Source: Sedimentisphaerales bacterium (GTDB lineage Bacteria; Planctomycetota; Phycisphaerae; Sedimentisphaerales; SM23-30). Taken from it: 42,283 bases of DNA. The notes beneath the pieces are model-generated. The model saw only the letters and a list, made by a program, of their open reading frames with translations, had not been told where the DNA came from and did no database searches. Positions 1 to 9,072 of this stretch are shown here, one piece after another; the first letter of the stretch is position 1; the number at the start of each line of letters is the position of its first letter. The stretch is taken from positions 1 to 42,283 of the forward strand of contig JAFGBA010000106.1 in assembly GCA_016933395.1 (NCBI GenBank), read 5' to 3'. The position numbers and the translations under genes are program-made.

Positions 1-76
1 ATCTACGATTGGATGCCGAAAATTGTCAGAAAAATTTTTTAGCAGCGTAACTTGGGCTAGCAAAACCTCCAAGATG

Positions 77-147
77 TCGCCCCGAGCGCTGCGAAGGATT
101 TCTTTTGAAGAGGAAGAAGAGAGATTCTTCGCTGCGCTCAGAATGAC
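77..147. repeat. Imperfect palindromic intergenic element, GTCATTCTGAGCG..GAAGAATC type, copy 1
   Basis: On the minus strand it reads GTCATTCTGAGCGCAGCGAAGAATCTC, then a loop, then GAAATCCTTCGCAGCGCTCGGGGCGAC. The 13-nt arms GAGCGCAGCGAAG / CTTCGCAGCGCTC pair with one mismatch. It lies directly 3' of the SIMPL gene stop at 171. Confidence 0.6.
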
Positions 148-170
148 ACTGGTGCAACTTTATCGTTTTT

Positions 171-962
171 TTAGAGTGCTTTAGTCTGTAGTCGGTACTC
201 GACGATGACCTGGGCCTTGAATATCAGTTCGTCGAAGCGGGCCTCGACGGCGATTTCGGTGGGCAGGGGGGCAACCAGTTCCGCGCTATAGCTGAGCGGC
301 GTTTTTGCCGCACTTTGCTTTGCTGCATAACGGCGATACAGCTCTTGTTTATCCTCTCCGGTAATGACAGGAATGGAAAAACTGACGGGCGTCAGGGCGA
401 CATCGAGTTGCTCCTGGTAGATTTGCCGTTTGGCCTGAGCGTTCTGACAGGCTTGCCGGAGGGCCTGGAGCTTAAGTTGTTCCTTGTTGGAATGTTCGAA
501 GGTGATGCCGAGGTAGTTGATTTCCTTGTGGTTATCGACCAGGTTGGCGACATGGCGGAACTGTTCTTCGGAGCCGAGGGTGATTTTAACCTGGTTATCG
601 ACGCGGTAGCTGTCCACTTTTTGCCCGAAGAGGCCGTATTGGGGCGTGGAGGAGAATTTGTCGCTGCGAATGTCGCTTTCGGCGATCCCTTTTTGCTGAA
701 GCTGGGCGCTGATCAGGCTGCGTATTTGCTGGTTTTTCAGCAGGGCGTCCTGAAGGGTTTTTTCCTCCGTGGCGACTGTTATCGTAACCACCGCCCGGTC
801 GGCCTGCACCTTGACTTCGGCTTCGCCGACAATCTGCACGGTGCAAGGAATATCCTGGAGATAATTGGTAAGTTCCCGGGGCGTGCCCTTGAGTTCCGGC
901 TCAGCGCCGAGGACGGGGGAACAGGCCAATAACAACATCAAGGCGATAAAGTGTGTTTTCAT
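171..962 (-). CDS. SIMPL/DUF541-domain secreted protein
   Basis: The ORF track gives 171-986. I prefer the ATG at 962 (MKTHFIALMLLLAC...) because GGAGG lies 6 nt upstream and a signal peptide follows. The core VGEAEVKVQADRAVVTITV...GIAESDIRSDKFSSTPQY matches the SIMPL/DUF541 pattern as I remember it. Confidence 0.8.
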   Translation of the reverse strand: MKTHFIALMLLLACSPVLGAEPELKGTPRELTNYLQDIPCTVQIVGEAEVKVQADRAVVTITVATEEKTLQDALLKNQQIRSLISAQLQQKGIAESDIRSDKFSSTPQYGLFGQKVDSYRVDNQVKITLGSEEQFRHVANLVDNHKEINYLGITFEHSNKEQLKLQALRQACQNAQAKRQIYQEQLDVALTPVSFSIPVITGEDKQELYRRYAAKQSAAKTPLSYSAELVAPLPTEIAVEARFDELIFKAQVIVEYRLQTKAL

Positions 963-1121
963 GGGAACCTCCATAAAAAAGGGCATAATAGTTTATTGGT
1001 TTAGGATCAGGTTTTCGTCATGCTGCCGCCTTATGACCTATTAGATACGGTCAGCGGCCGAAAGTTAAGCTGATTTTATATTTATTTATCGATTTTTCGC
1101 GATAAATACCGAAGAAATGAC

Positions 1122-1170
1122 AAAAAAAAACCGCCCTTGCCACCGAAGGGAACGGACAACAAGGGCGGTT
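1122..1170 (-). terminator. Rho-independent terminator after the PEP-CTERM gene
   Basis: A 9-bp stem CCGCCCTTG (1131-1139) / CAAGGGCGG (1160-1168) is preceded on the plus strand by A9 (1122-1130). That reads as stem-loop plus U9 on the minus strand, about 55 nt after the stop at 1225. Confidence 0.75.
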
Positions 1171-1224
1171 TAATTAATAAATGACGTAAGTTGCTATATT
1201 ACCTTTTCGGACATCAGCGCAGAG

Positions 1225-1959
1225 TTATTTCTTTCGCCGCAGAAAAAGTACGCCAACACCCAGTAACGACAATGTTATCGGTTCGGGCACGCAGATCGTG
1301 TCAATAGCGAGTTCGTCCATGGCGAATAACGCTCCGCCCGGCACGAAGATGCCGACATTGATGGTCTCCTGGTTAGGTTGAGGATCGATTTCCCAGAGGA
1401 CTTCGTAATAGTTCCAGTACGGCTGATAAACAGGATCAACAGGCCGGCTGATTTCGGAAATAATATTGATGTCGGCCGAAGGGCTTGTCTGGAGGTCCGT
1501 GATGTATTGGAACGGCGTGGGCGTTGGATTGAGCAGAAAATAGGTCACCTGCATCCACACGTATTTGGTTTTGGTAAGGTCTTGCGCGTTGGGGACTACG
1601 ACACTCATGCCTCCCAAAACATCCTGCGGGTTGCCGCCCAACAGACCGGGCAGGTCGCCCACGGCCCAGCCGCCTGTACGACCGGCCGTAAGCGTCGTTG
1701 GCAGGCCCAATTCAGCCAATATCGGGGCGGCGTCATCAATCCACATGGCCCCAGTAGAAGCAATGGTAACCGTAGAAGTACCAAAAGGATTGTCATCAAC
1801 GTCGGGATTGGCAGGATTAGCGTCCGTACCGAATTCCCATACCTGATGGGTGAATGAGGGATCGTTGTTATCCCAGGCCGGCGGATTGTCATAATCCGCC
1901 CACGATACACCGACCCATAGGCCGATACAAAGGCAGACTTCCACTACTTTCTTGAACAT
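1225..1959 (-). CDS. PEP-CTERM sorting-domain protein
   Basis: The C-terminus is VPEPITLSLLGVGVLFLRRKK: a PEP motif, a TM helix and a basic tail. I prefer the ATG at 1959 (MFKKVVEVCLCIGLWV, signal peptide), preceded by AAGGAGAAGGAAA. Confidence 0.85.
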   Translation of the reverse strand: MFKKVVEVCLCIGLWVGVSWADYDNPPAWDNNDPSFTHQVWEFGTDANPANPDVDDNPFGTSTVTIASTGAMWIDDAAPILAELGLPTTLTAGRTGGWAVGDLPGLLGGNPQDVLGGMSVVVPNAQDLTKTKYVWMQVTYFLLNPTPTPFQYITDLQTSPSADINIISEISRPVDPVYQPYWNYYEVLWEIDPQPNQETINVGIFVPGGALFAMDELAIDTICVPEPITLSLLGVGVLFLRRKK

Positions 1960-2344
1960 TTTCCTTCTCCTTAAAATATCCAACCCGAAAGTTACTGAGG
2001 CCACATCCTCAGAAAACATCTAATTACTTTAATTAAATGAACTTAAGTATTACCTGATGATTCGGAGATATTCCAAAAATTTCCACAATTAATAATGACT
2101 CCGCTTAATATAGTGTTTTGGGCGGTCCTTGTCAAGATGCAAAGTAGATTTTAATGCCGATAATCGACTCGTTCCCGGTTTTCATCTCCTCCGAAAAACA
2201 TCTCCAGAAACCTGTAACATCAGGTTTTTTACCCTTTGCAGTTTATATTGAACCCGGATGATTGTCCTGGTTGGCCCTTGCTTTTGCCGAACGGGGTGGT
2301 AAGCTGACCGAATAAGATGATAACATACGGAGCAGACAAGAGTA

Positions 2345-2824
2345 ATGAGCATCTCCCGCGTTGGTCATGGCTATGATATACACTCCCTGGCACCCGACAG
2401 AAAGTTGGTTCTCGGCGGTGTGGAAATTCCGTATAAGTTGGGTTTGGCCGGACATAGCGATGCCGACGTGGTATTGCACGCCGTTATCGACGCCATGCTG
2501 GGTGCGGCGGCGCTGGGTGATATCGGTGAAATGTACCCCGACACCGACCCGGCCTACAAGAACGCCGACAGCGGCAAGCTCCTGGAAAAAGTATATAATA
2601 AAATCAAAGGCTGCGGTTATCGCGTGGCGAATCTCGATGTCACCATCATCGCCCAGAAGCCGCGACTGAGCGATTACAAGGATCAGATGCGTCAAAGCAT
2701 CGCCCGGCTGCTGGGCATCGATACGGCCGACGTGAACATCAAGGCCAAAACCAATGAAGGCTTCGACGCGGTTGGGCAGGGAAAGGCAATCGTCTGTCAC
2801 GCCGTGGTTGGTTTGGTAAGGTAG
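2345..2824 (+). CDS. ispF: 2-C-methyl-D-erythritol 2,4-cyclodiphosphate synthase
   Basis: 159 aa with the hallmark IspF motifs GHGYDIHSL and GHSDADVVLHA. Confidence 0.95.
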   Translation: MSISRVGHGYDIHSLAPDRKLVLGGVEIPYKLGLAGHSDADVVLHAVIDAMLGAAALGDIGEMYPDTDPAYKNADSGKLLEKVYNKIKGCGYRVANLDVTIIAQKPRLSDYKDQMRQSIARLLGIDTADVNIKAKTNEGFDAVGQGKAIVCHAVVGLVR

Positions 2825-2826
2825 CG

Positions 2827-2934
2827 CCGCGGGCATCCTGCCCGCGGTCCCAGGATGTACTATAAAAACATAACGGCATGAAAACATCGCGGGCAGGACG
2901 CCCGCGACACGAAAATGCCGGCGAGGACACCGGC
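2827..2934. repeat. Cluster of three GC-rich stem-loops in the ispF-cysS spacer
   Basis: Hairpin 1: CCGCGGGCA-tcc-TGCCCGCGG (2827-2847). Hairpin 2: TCGCGGGC-aggac-GCCCGCGA (2887-2907). Hairpin 3: GCCGG-cgaggaca-CCGGC followed by GGTAC (2917-2939). The last motif recurs at 19260-19281. Confidence 0.7.
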
Positions 2935-2953
2935 GGTACGTAAAGGAACGCTC

Positions 2954-4462
2954 ATGGCTTTCAGACTGTACAACACATTAACCAAACAAAAGGAAAATTT
3001 CGAACCCGTCACGCCCGGCAAGGTGGGCATTTATTTGTGCGGGCCGACGGTGTACAAGGAAAGCCACATCGGCCACGTCATCGGTCCGGTGATATTCGAC
3101 GCCCTTAAGAAGTACCTCACCTACAAAGGTTATCAGGTCAAGTTTGTTGTCAACATCACCGACGTTGACGACAAAATCATCAACGAAGCCAAACGCCTGG
3201 GCGTTCCCATGAAGGATCTGGCCGAAAAGCTCACGGCCGCTTACTTCGACGCTCTCGATCAACTCGGTGTCAACAGCATCGACGAATTTCCGCGAGCAAC
3301 GGAATATATTCCCAAGATGATTGAACTCATCCAGCGGCTGGCGGAAAAAGACGCTGCTTACGCCACCGAGACGGGCGATGTGTATTTCGACGTCACTAAA
3401 TGCAGCAATTACGGCAAGCTTTCACATCGCAAGAGTGACGACCAGCTCGAAGGCTCGCGCGAACTCGCCGGCGGCGGCAAACGCAATGCGGCCGACTTTG
3501 CCCTGTGGAAAGCAGCCGGGGCGGATGAAGTCGGCTGGGACTCACCCTGGAGTCGCGGCCGGCCGGGCTGGCATATCGAGTGCTCCGTGATGAGCATGGC
3601 CCTGCTGGGCGAAACCTACGACATCCACGGCGGCGGCATGGACCTGATTTTTCCCCACCACGAAAATGAGATCGCCCAGTCGGAAACCGCCACCTGCAAA
3701 CCTTACGTCAAGTATTGGCTGCACAACGGTCTGACCCGTATTCAGACCAAAGTCGCCGGCGGTGAATGGAAAAATGAGAAGATGTCCAAGTCGCTGGGCA
3801 ATATTCGCCCCATCAGCGAACTGCTGGAGGCGTATCCGCCGGCGGTGATTCGCTACTTTTTGCTCAGCACCCACTATCGCCGGCCGATTGATTTTTCCGA
3901 TCAGGCGCTGACCGACGCCCAAAAAGGCATGATGAACATCTACCGTCTGCTCGACCGCGTTAATCGCCTTAACGGCGAAGATGTCTATCGCTACCCGTGC
4001 GATGTCAACAGCCTCACCGAGTTGGCCCATACCGACGAGGATCACGCCTTGCGTGAAGTCCTGACCGCCGGGCAGTTGAAGTTTTTGGAAACGCTCGATG
4101 ATGACTTTAACACTGCCGGGGCCTTGGCCGCGCTGCATGATTTGGCCACGGCCGTGAACCGTTACATCGACCGTCGCCAGCTTGAAACCAAACCCGACTC
4201 CGACGCCCGCACCCTCGCCCTGCAGGCCGGGCGGATGATTACCACTCTCGGACGAATCCTCGGCGTTTTCACCGAACCGTTGAAATCCGCCGACAGCGAC
4301 GATGAACTCACCGAAAAACTCATGGCCTTGCTCATCGACCTCCGCGCCCAGGTCCGCAAAGACAAAAACTTCGCCCTCGCTGACGCCATCCGCGATAAAC
4401 TCACCGCCCTCGGCATTGCCCTGGAAGATCGGCCGGAAGGGACGATATGGGTAAAAATGTAA
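2954..4462 (+). CDS. cysS: Cysteine--tRNA ligase
   Basis: It carries the HIGH motif (ESHIGHV) and the KMSKS motif, with an N-terminus MAFRLYNTLT typical of CysS. The start is moved from 2915 to the ATG at 2954 (AAAGGA 7 nt upstream), because the longer ORF runs through hairpin repeat 2917-2934. Confidence 0.95.
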   Translation: MAFRLYNTLTKQKENFEPVTPGKVGIYLCGPTVYKESHIGHVIGPVIFDALKKYLTYKGYQVKFVVNITDVDDKIINEAKRLGVPMKDLAEKLTAAYFDALDQLGVNSIDEFPRATEYIPKMIELIQRLAEKDAAYATETGDVYFDVTKCSNYGKLSHRKSDDQLEGSRELAGGGKRNAADFALWKAAGADEVGWDSPWSRGRPGWHIECSVMSMALLGETYDIHGGGMDLIFPHHENEIAQSETATCKPYVKYWLHNGLTRIQTKVAGGEWKNEKMSKSLGNIRPISELLEAYPPAVIRYFLLSTHYRRPIDFSDQALTDAQKGMMNIYRLLDRVNRLNGEDVYRYPCDVNSLTELAHTDEDHALREVLTAGQLKFLETLDDDFNTAGALAALHDLATAVNRYIDRRQLETKPDSDARTLALQAGRMITTLGRILGVFTEPLKSADSDDELTEKLMALLIDLRAQVRKDKNFALADAIRDKLTALGIALEDRPEGTIWVKM

Positions 4463-4475
4463 TACTTTGAAATAA

Positions 4476-5003
4476 GTGGCTGAAAAAAACTTAAAAATTT
4501 TAGGTATCGATCCCGGCTTGCAAGTTACTGGTTATGCGGTGCTGGCGCAATCAGCACGGCGGGTAAAGGTGCTGGATGCGGGTGTGTTTCGCACCGACGC
4601 CAAAGGTTCTCTGCCGGAGCGATTGGTGCAATTGTATAGCGACATCAACGATTTGCTGACGGAACACCGGCCTGATTGCATGGCCATCGAGGAACTTTAC
4701 GCCCATTACGGCCATCCGCGGACGGCGATCCTGATGGGTCACGCACGAGGTGTATTTTTGCTGGCCGCGGCCCAGCATAACATTCCCGTCCACGACTATG
4801 CCGCCACCCGCGTCAAAAAAAGCCTTACCGGCGCCGGCCGGGCCGGCAAGCAGCAAATGCAACGCGCCGTGATGACCCAGCTTAACCTCGCCCGCCTGCC
4901 CGAACCGGCCGACGTCGCCGACGCCCTGGCCATTGCCCTGTGCGCGATGAATGAATTAGGCCGCGAAGCAAGTAAAACATCAGATGGTTATGTTCGACGT
5001 TGA
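4476..5003 (+). CDS. ruvC: Crossover junction endodeoxyribonuclease RuvC
   Basis: The N-terminal motif is ILGIDPGLQVTGYAVL and the length of 175 aa fits. The start is GTG with no clear SD, so the start position is uncertain. Confidence 0.9.
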   Translation: MAEKNLKILGIDPGLQVTGYAVLAQSARRVKVLDAGVFRTDAKGSLPERLVQLYSDINDLLTEHRPDCMAIEELYAHYGHPRTAILMGHARGVFLLAAAQHNIPVHDYAATRVKKSLTGAGRAGKQQMQRAVMTQLNLARLPEPADVADALAIALCAMNELGREASKTSDGYVRR

Positions 5004-5043
5004 TCGAACGTCAAGACAATATAAGCCGGGGAAAAGAGTTTAG

Positions 5044-7170
5044 ATGACTATACCTGAATCTGTTCGTTCTGACACCGAGGTGCGATTTTTGCCAGGGGTG
5101 GGTCCGCAACGAGCGGCGGCGCTGGAGCAGATGGGAGTGCGAACGGCAAGGGAGTTACTGTATTACCTGCCAAGGGATCATCAATTTTTGCCGGAGCCGG
5201 CGCTCATCGGGGAACTGCGCAAGGACCAGCAGGCAACAATCGTAGGGAAGGTGGTGAATTTACGATACGCAGCGCGGACGCGGCCGCCGCGGCTGGATGT
5301 GCGGCTGGATGACGATACAGGGGCGTGTCGGCTGGTGTGGTTTCACGGGGGATATTTGCGGGATCAGTTCTTGCCGGGCGATATCATGGCGGCGTGGGGT
5401 AAAGTCAGCCGTTACAAGGACACGTTGCAATTGGCGAATCCGGGATTTCGCAAGATCGCAAACGTCGATGAGCTGGAACAATTGCAGCAGGCGGGGAAGG
5501 CCATCTACCCCGCGACGGCGCAATTGAAAAGTTGGGAAATCGGGCGAATTATTCAGGCGTCGCTGGAGCGGTTGTTGACGCTGGCGGAGGAGCCTTACGA
5601 GGAAGACTTTTGCCGGGCGCGGGAGTTGATTCCCCGGCGCGAGGCGTTAAAGTTGATTCATCAGCCGACGGACGAGGAGGATGTTAAGCGGGCGCGGCGA
5701 CGGTTGATTTACGATGAATTGTTTCTGATGGAACTGGGCATTGCACTGCGGCGGCGGCAGCGGCGAGTGGCACTGAAGGCGGCGCCGTTGGCGGTAACAA
5801 CGTTGCTGGATCAGCGAATTCGGGCTTTATTTCCCTTCGAGTTGACGAAGGATCAGAATCGGGCGATCGAGGAAATATGCAACGATTTGGCCCGCACGGA
5901 ACCAATGAACCGGCTGTTACAGGGGGACGTGGGCAGCGGCAAGACGGTGGTGGCGTTGTATGCGGCGTTGGCGGCGGTGGGATTGCATTATCAGGCGGCG
6001 ATCATGGCGCCAACAGAAGTTCTGGCGGAACAGCATTTTCAGAGCATCGAGCGATATCTGGCCCATAGTCGGGTGGAGCGCGTATTACTGACGGGCGGAT
6101 TAACGGGTGCGCGACGGCGGGAATTGACAGAGGCCATCGGACGGGGCGAAATAAATCTGGTCGTGGGCACGCAGGCATTGTTGCAGGAAGATGTGGCGTT
6201 CAAAAACCTGTCGCTGGTGATTGTCGACGAACAACACAAGTTCGGCGTCCGGCAGCGGCGGCGGATTCGCACCAAGGACCGGGCTTGCCATTATCTGGTA
6301 ATGACGGCGACGCCGATACCGCGAACACTGGCGATGACGATTTATGGCGACTTGGATGTATCCGTAATCAAGCATGCCCCGCCGGGGCGGGGGCGAGTGG
6401 TGACCAAATGTTACGGACCGGAAAAACTGCCGGATGCGCATGAGTTTATTCGATCTCAGGTGAAGCAGGGACGGCAGGCGTATTTTGTGTATCCCCGGCT
6501 GGAGGAAGCAGCCAACGGTTCTGTTGAAGTTGGCGAAAACGACAATGCCTATGAACCGGGCCTATTAAAAGCGGCCATCGCGGAGCACCGTAGGTTGCAG
6601 GAGCAGATATTTAGTGAGTTTAACGTGGGCCTGCTGCATGGACGGATGGACGGAACTGAAAAGCAACGGGTGATGGATGCCTTTCGCGAAGGGAAAATAA
6701 ACATTTTAGTAGCGACGGTGGTTATTGAGGTGGGTGTGGATGTGCCGAACGCAACTATCATGGTGATCGAACATGCTGAACGTTTCGGCCTGGCGCAATT
6801 ACACCAACTTCGAGGCCGCATCGGGCGCGGCAGTCGGCAGTCGTATTGCCTGCTGTTTGGCGATCCGCGAACAGAGGTGGCGATAGAACGACTGGCGATT
6901 ATGGAAAAGACATCGGATGGATTCAAAATTGCCGAGGAGGACTTGCGGCTGCGCGGACCGGGAGAGTTTTTTGGAGCGGCACAGCATGGCTTGTGCGAAC
7001 TGAAGATTGCCGATATTATACGCGACATGGATTTATTGCGTCTGACGCAACGGGATGCCTTCGAACTGGCCCGACGGGACTGCACCCTGGCGGCGCCGGA
7101 GCATCAGGTGTTGCGACGAATGCTGATAGAGCAGTTCGGTGAAGGGCTGGGTTTGGTGGATGTTGGCTGA
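5044..7170 (+). CDS. recG: ATP-dependent DNA helicase RecG
   Basis: 708 aa with Walker A GDVGSGKT, a DEQH box ([11 protein letters not shown]) and the helicase C motif [12 protein letters not shown]. Confidence 0.95.
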   Translation: MTIPESVRSDTEVRFLPGVGPQRAAALEQMGVRTARELLYYLPRDHQFLPEPALIGELRKDQQATIVGKVVNLRYAARTRPPRLDVRLDDDTGACRLVWFHGGYLRDQFLPGDIMAAWGKVSRYKDTLQLANPGFRKIANVDELEQLQQAGKAIYPATAQLKSWEIGRIIQASLERLLTLAEEPYEEDFCRARELIPRREALKLIHQPTDEEDVKRARRRLIYDELFLMELGIALRRRQRRVALKAAPLAVTTLLDQRIRALFPFELTKDQNRAIEEICNDLARTEPMNRLLQGDVGSGKTVVALYAALAAVGLHYQAAIMAPTEVLAEQHFQSIERYLAHSRVERVLLTGGLTGARRRELTEAIGRGEINLVVGTQALLQEDVAFKNLSLVIVDEQHKFGVRQRRRIRTKDRACHYLVMTATPIPRTLAMTIYGDLDVSVIKHAPPGRGRVVTKCYGPEKLPDAHEFIRSQVKQGRQAYFVYPRLEEAANGSVEVGENDNAYEPGLLKAAIAEHRRLQEQIFSEFNVGLLHGRMDGTEKQRVMDAFREGKINILVATVVIEVGVDVPNATIMVIEHAERFGLAQLHQLRGRIGRGSRQSYCLLFGDPRTEVAIERLAIMEKTSDGFKIAEEDLRLRGPGEFFGAAQHGLCELKIADIIRDMDLLRLTQRDAFELARRDCTLAAPEHQVLRRMLIEQFGEGLGLVDVG

Positions 7171-7197
7171 ACGACGGGATATTCGGAGAAAAAGCGG

Positions 7198-8934
7198 TTG
7201 AAAAAACCTGTGTCAATACCATTGCGTGCAGGGCGGACTTTGTGGCTGGCGCTGGGCGCGGGAGTCATCCCGGCCTTGGCGGCTTTGGTGGCGCAATACG
7301 GATTCCGCCAACCGCTGTTGCCCGAATGGGTTTTGCTGGCGGTGGAAATCGCGGCGGCGGTGATGTTACTGGGAGGAATGCTGGGAACAGAGGTAACGCG
7401 AAAAACAGCATTACCGCGGCGAACGGCGGTTTTCGAACTGATATTGTTGGGGGTGCTGCTGGTGCTTTTATTTTTCCTGGTTGAATATCGTCGGCAGGTA
7501 TTCCACCTGTTCCTGCTGGTGTTGGTGGCGGTGCGTATCGGACGATTGGTGGTGCAGACCATGGCGGGAGGGTTTGCGCCAACGCGGATGCTGCTCACCA
7601 GTTTTATCAGCGTGATTTTGATTGGCGCCATGTTGTTGATGTTGCCGGCCAGTCATCCGGCGGGTGAGGAAATAAGTTTTACGGACGCTTTATTTACCTC
7701 CACCAGCGCGACATGTGTGACGGGGTTGGTAGTGAAAGACACGGGGGGGGATTTCAGCCGTTGGGGGCAGGTGATTATTCTGTCGCTTATTCAGTTGGGC
7801 GGGCTGGGCATTATGATTTTTGGGGCGTTGTTTGCGCTATTAACGGGGGCACGGTTGTCGCTGCGGGAATCGTCGGCAATGCAGGATATCGGCGTGCAGG
7901 AAGCGCCGGGGCGGATGGCGCAAACGGTGATGTTTATCTGTTTATTCACTTTGACCATCGAAGCAATAGGAGCCGTGTCGATGGTGGGCATGTGGCAAAC
8001 GGATCCGCAGCGGGGCGGGCAATGGTTCAAGAGTGCGTTTCATGCGGTAAGCGCGTTTTGTAATGCGGGTTTTTCGCTGCAGGCCGACAATCTGGAGAAA
8101 TATCGGTTTTCAGCGCGGGTGTATCTGGTGATTGCGCCGTTGATTATCGTTGGCGGATTGGGTTTTCCGGTGCTGCGCAACTTGTATGATTGGGCGATGT
8201 ACCGTTTTCGGTTCCGCCGGATACCCTCACGGTTGCGTACTCAACCGGTGCGGTTGACGCTGCATACCAAAATCGTTTTGACCACGACAGGTATATTGCT
8301 GGCGGCGGGGTGGCTGGTGCTGGTGGCGGTGCAGTTGACCCGGCCGGATGCGGGACGGGAGGGATTCACCCTGAGCACTTTGTTGGATGGTTGGTTTAAC
8401 AGCGTAACGGCGCGAACCGCGGGATTCAACACGGTCGATATAGCCGGTCGCAGCGCCGGCGGCAAACTGGTATTGGTTTTGCTGATGGCTATCGGCGGTT
8501 CACCCGGCTCCACCGCCGGAGGTATGAAAACCATCACGCTGGCCGTGCTGATACTCAGCGTCATGGCGACGTTGCGGCGACACTTGCAGGTGCAGGCGTT
8601 TCGCCGCAGCATACCACTGATGATTATCCGGCAGGCCGCTATGGTGTTGATTTTGTACGGATTGGGATTGTGGCTGATTACGCTGCTGTTGACGATGACG
8701 GAGCATTCGCTCGGTGCGGATATGCTGGATTTGCTTTTTGAGGCGGCGTCGGCGCTGGGTACGGTGGGGCTGAGTACAGGCGTAACGAGCGGATTGACAA
8801 CCGCCGGTAAGTGGGTGATTATGGCGGCGATGTTGATTGGTCGTCTGGGGCCGCTATCGCTGCTGGCGGCGTTGTCGGCAGGTTCGCCTCCGGCCCGATA
8901 TGAATATCCCAGTGAGAATTTAATAGTGAGTTAA
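7198..8934 (+). CDS. trkH: TrkH/KtrB-family potassium transporter, membrane subunit
   Basis: A polytopic 578-aa protein with cation-transporter repeats (GFNTVD, GSTAGGMKT). The start is TTG with GGAGA upstream. The roughly 130-aa N-terminal extension makes the start less certain. Confidence 0.85.
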   Translation: MKKPVSIPLRAGRTLWLALGAGVIPALAALVAQYGFRQPLLPEWVLLAVEIAAAVMLLGGMLGTEVTRKTALPRRTAVFELILLGVLLVLLFFLVEYRRQVFHLFLLVLVAVRIGRLVVQTMAGGFAPTRMLLTSFISVILIGAMLLMLPASHPAGEEISFTDALFTSTSATCVTGLVVKDTGGDFSRWGQVIILSLIQLGGLGIMIFGALFALLTGARLSLRESSAMQDIGVQEAPGRMAQTVMFICLFTLTIEAIGAVSMVGMWQTDPQRGGQWFKSAFHAVSAFCNAGFSLQADNLEKYRFSARVYLVIAPLIIVGGLGFPVLRNLYDWAMYRFRFRRIPSRLRTQPVRLTLHTKIVLTTTGILLAAGWLVLVAVQLTRPDAGREGFTLSTLLDGWFNSVTARTAGFNTVDIAGRSAGGKLVLVLLMAIGGSPGSTAGGMKTITLAVLILSVMATLRRHLQVQAFRRSIPLMIIRQAAMVLILYGLGLWLITLLLTMTEHSLGADMLDLLFEAASALGTVGLSTGVTSGLTTAGKWVIMAAMLIGRLGPLSLLAALSAGSPPARYEYPSENLIVS

Positions 8935-8941
8935 TTTTTTA

Positions 8942-9047
8942 GCCACTGATTACACTGATGGACACGGATTGAATTTTTGATTTTTGAAGATAATTTATGG
9001 TTTATATTTAAAATTACATATCAGTGAATCTCTGTGAAATCTGTGGC
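8942..9047. repeat. Imperfect inverted repeat pair flanking an AT-rich spacer between trkH and trkA
   Basis: GCCACTGATTACACTGATGGACACGGAT (8942-8969) compared with the reverse complement of 9020-9047 (GCCACAGATTTCACAGAGATTCACTGAT) gives 20 of 28 identical positions by my count. Confidence 0.5.
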
Positions 9048-9072
9048 AAAATAATTCAGATTGGAGCAGAAT

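Noticed and set aside
315-932. Long antisense ORFs opposite real genes. Examples: 315-932 (+) versus SIMPL, 3542-4138 (-) versus cysS, 6549-7085 (-) and 7104-7631 (-) versus recG/trkH, 11987-13039 (+) versus TrpB2, 20067-20834 (+) versus asd, 33898-34347 (-) versus pgk, and 38800-39720 (+) versus the larA-like gene.
   Set aside because: Their translations are low-complexity, Arg/Gly/Pro/Ala-rich and motif-free. Each is fully embedded opposite a gene with unmistakable family motifs. This is typical shadow-ORF behaviour in high-GC DNA.
2209-2232. A small hairpin AACCTG-taacat-CAGGTT plus T6 in the PEP-CTERM/ispF divergent spacer, as a terminator or sRNA end.
   Set aside because: The stem is only 6 bp, there is no upstream plus-strand gene or promoter that I can support, and the chance occurrence of such a short stem is high.
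2827-2939. The hairpin clusters as integron attC sites or gene-cassette boundaries.
   Set aside because: There is no intI integrase. The R''/R' core sites (RYYYAAC / GTTRRRY) do not flank the stems. The adjacent genes (ispF, cysS) are core genes with their own signals.
2915-2953. A 13-codon N-terminal extension of cysS, from the ORF-track start at 2915.
   Set aside because: It is translated straight through the hairpin repeat 2917-2934. The ATG at 2954 has an SD and gives the canonical CysS N-terminus.
7743-7750. A G8 homopolymer inside trkH (coding ..ACG GGG GGG GAT..) as a phase-variation switch.
   Set aside because: It is a single tract in a housekeeping transporter, in frame as given, with no evidence of length variation. 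It is most likely just Gly-Gly coding in a GC-rich genome.
8942-8960. GCCACTG, which resembles the B12-box core of cobalamin riboswitches.
   Set aside because: None of the other conserved cobalamin-riboswitch elements are present. The downstream gene is trkA, and the 7-mer is part of the inverted-repeat family described above.
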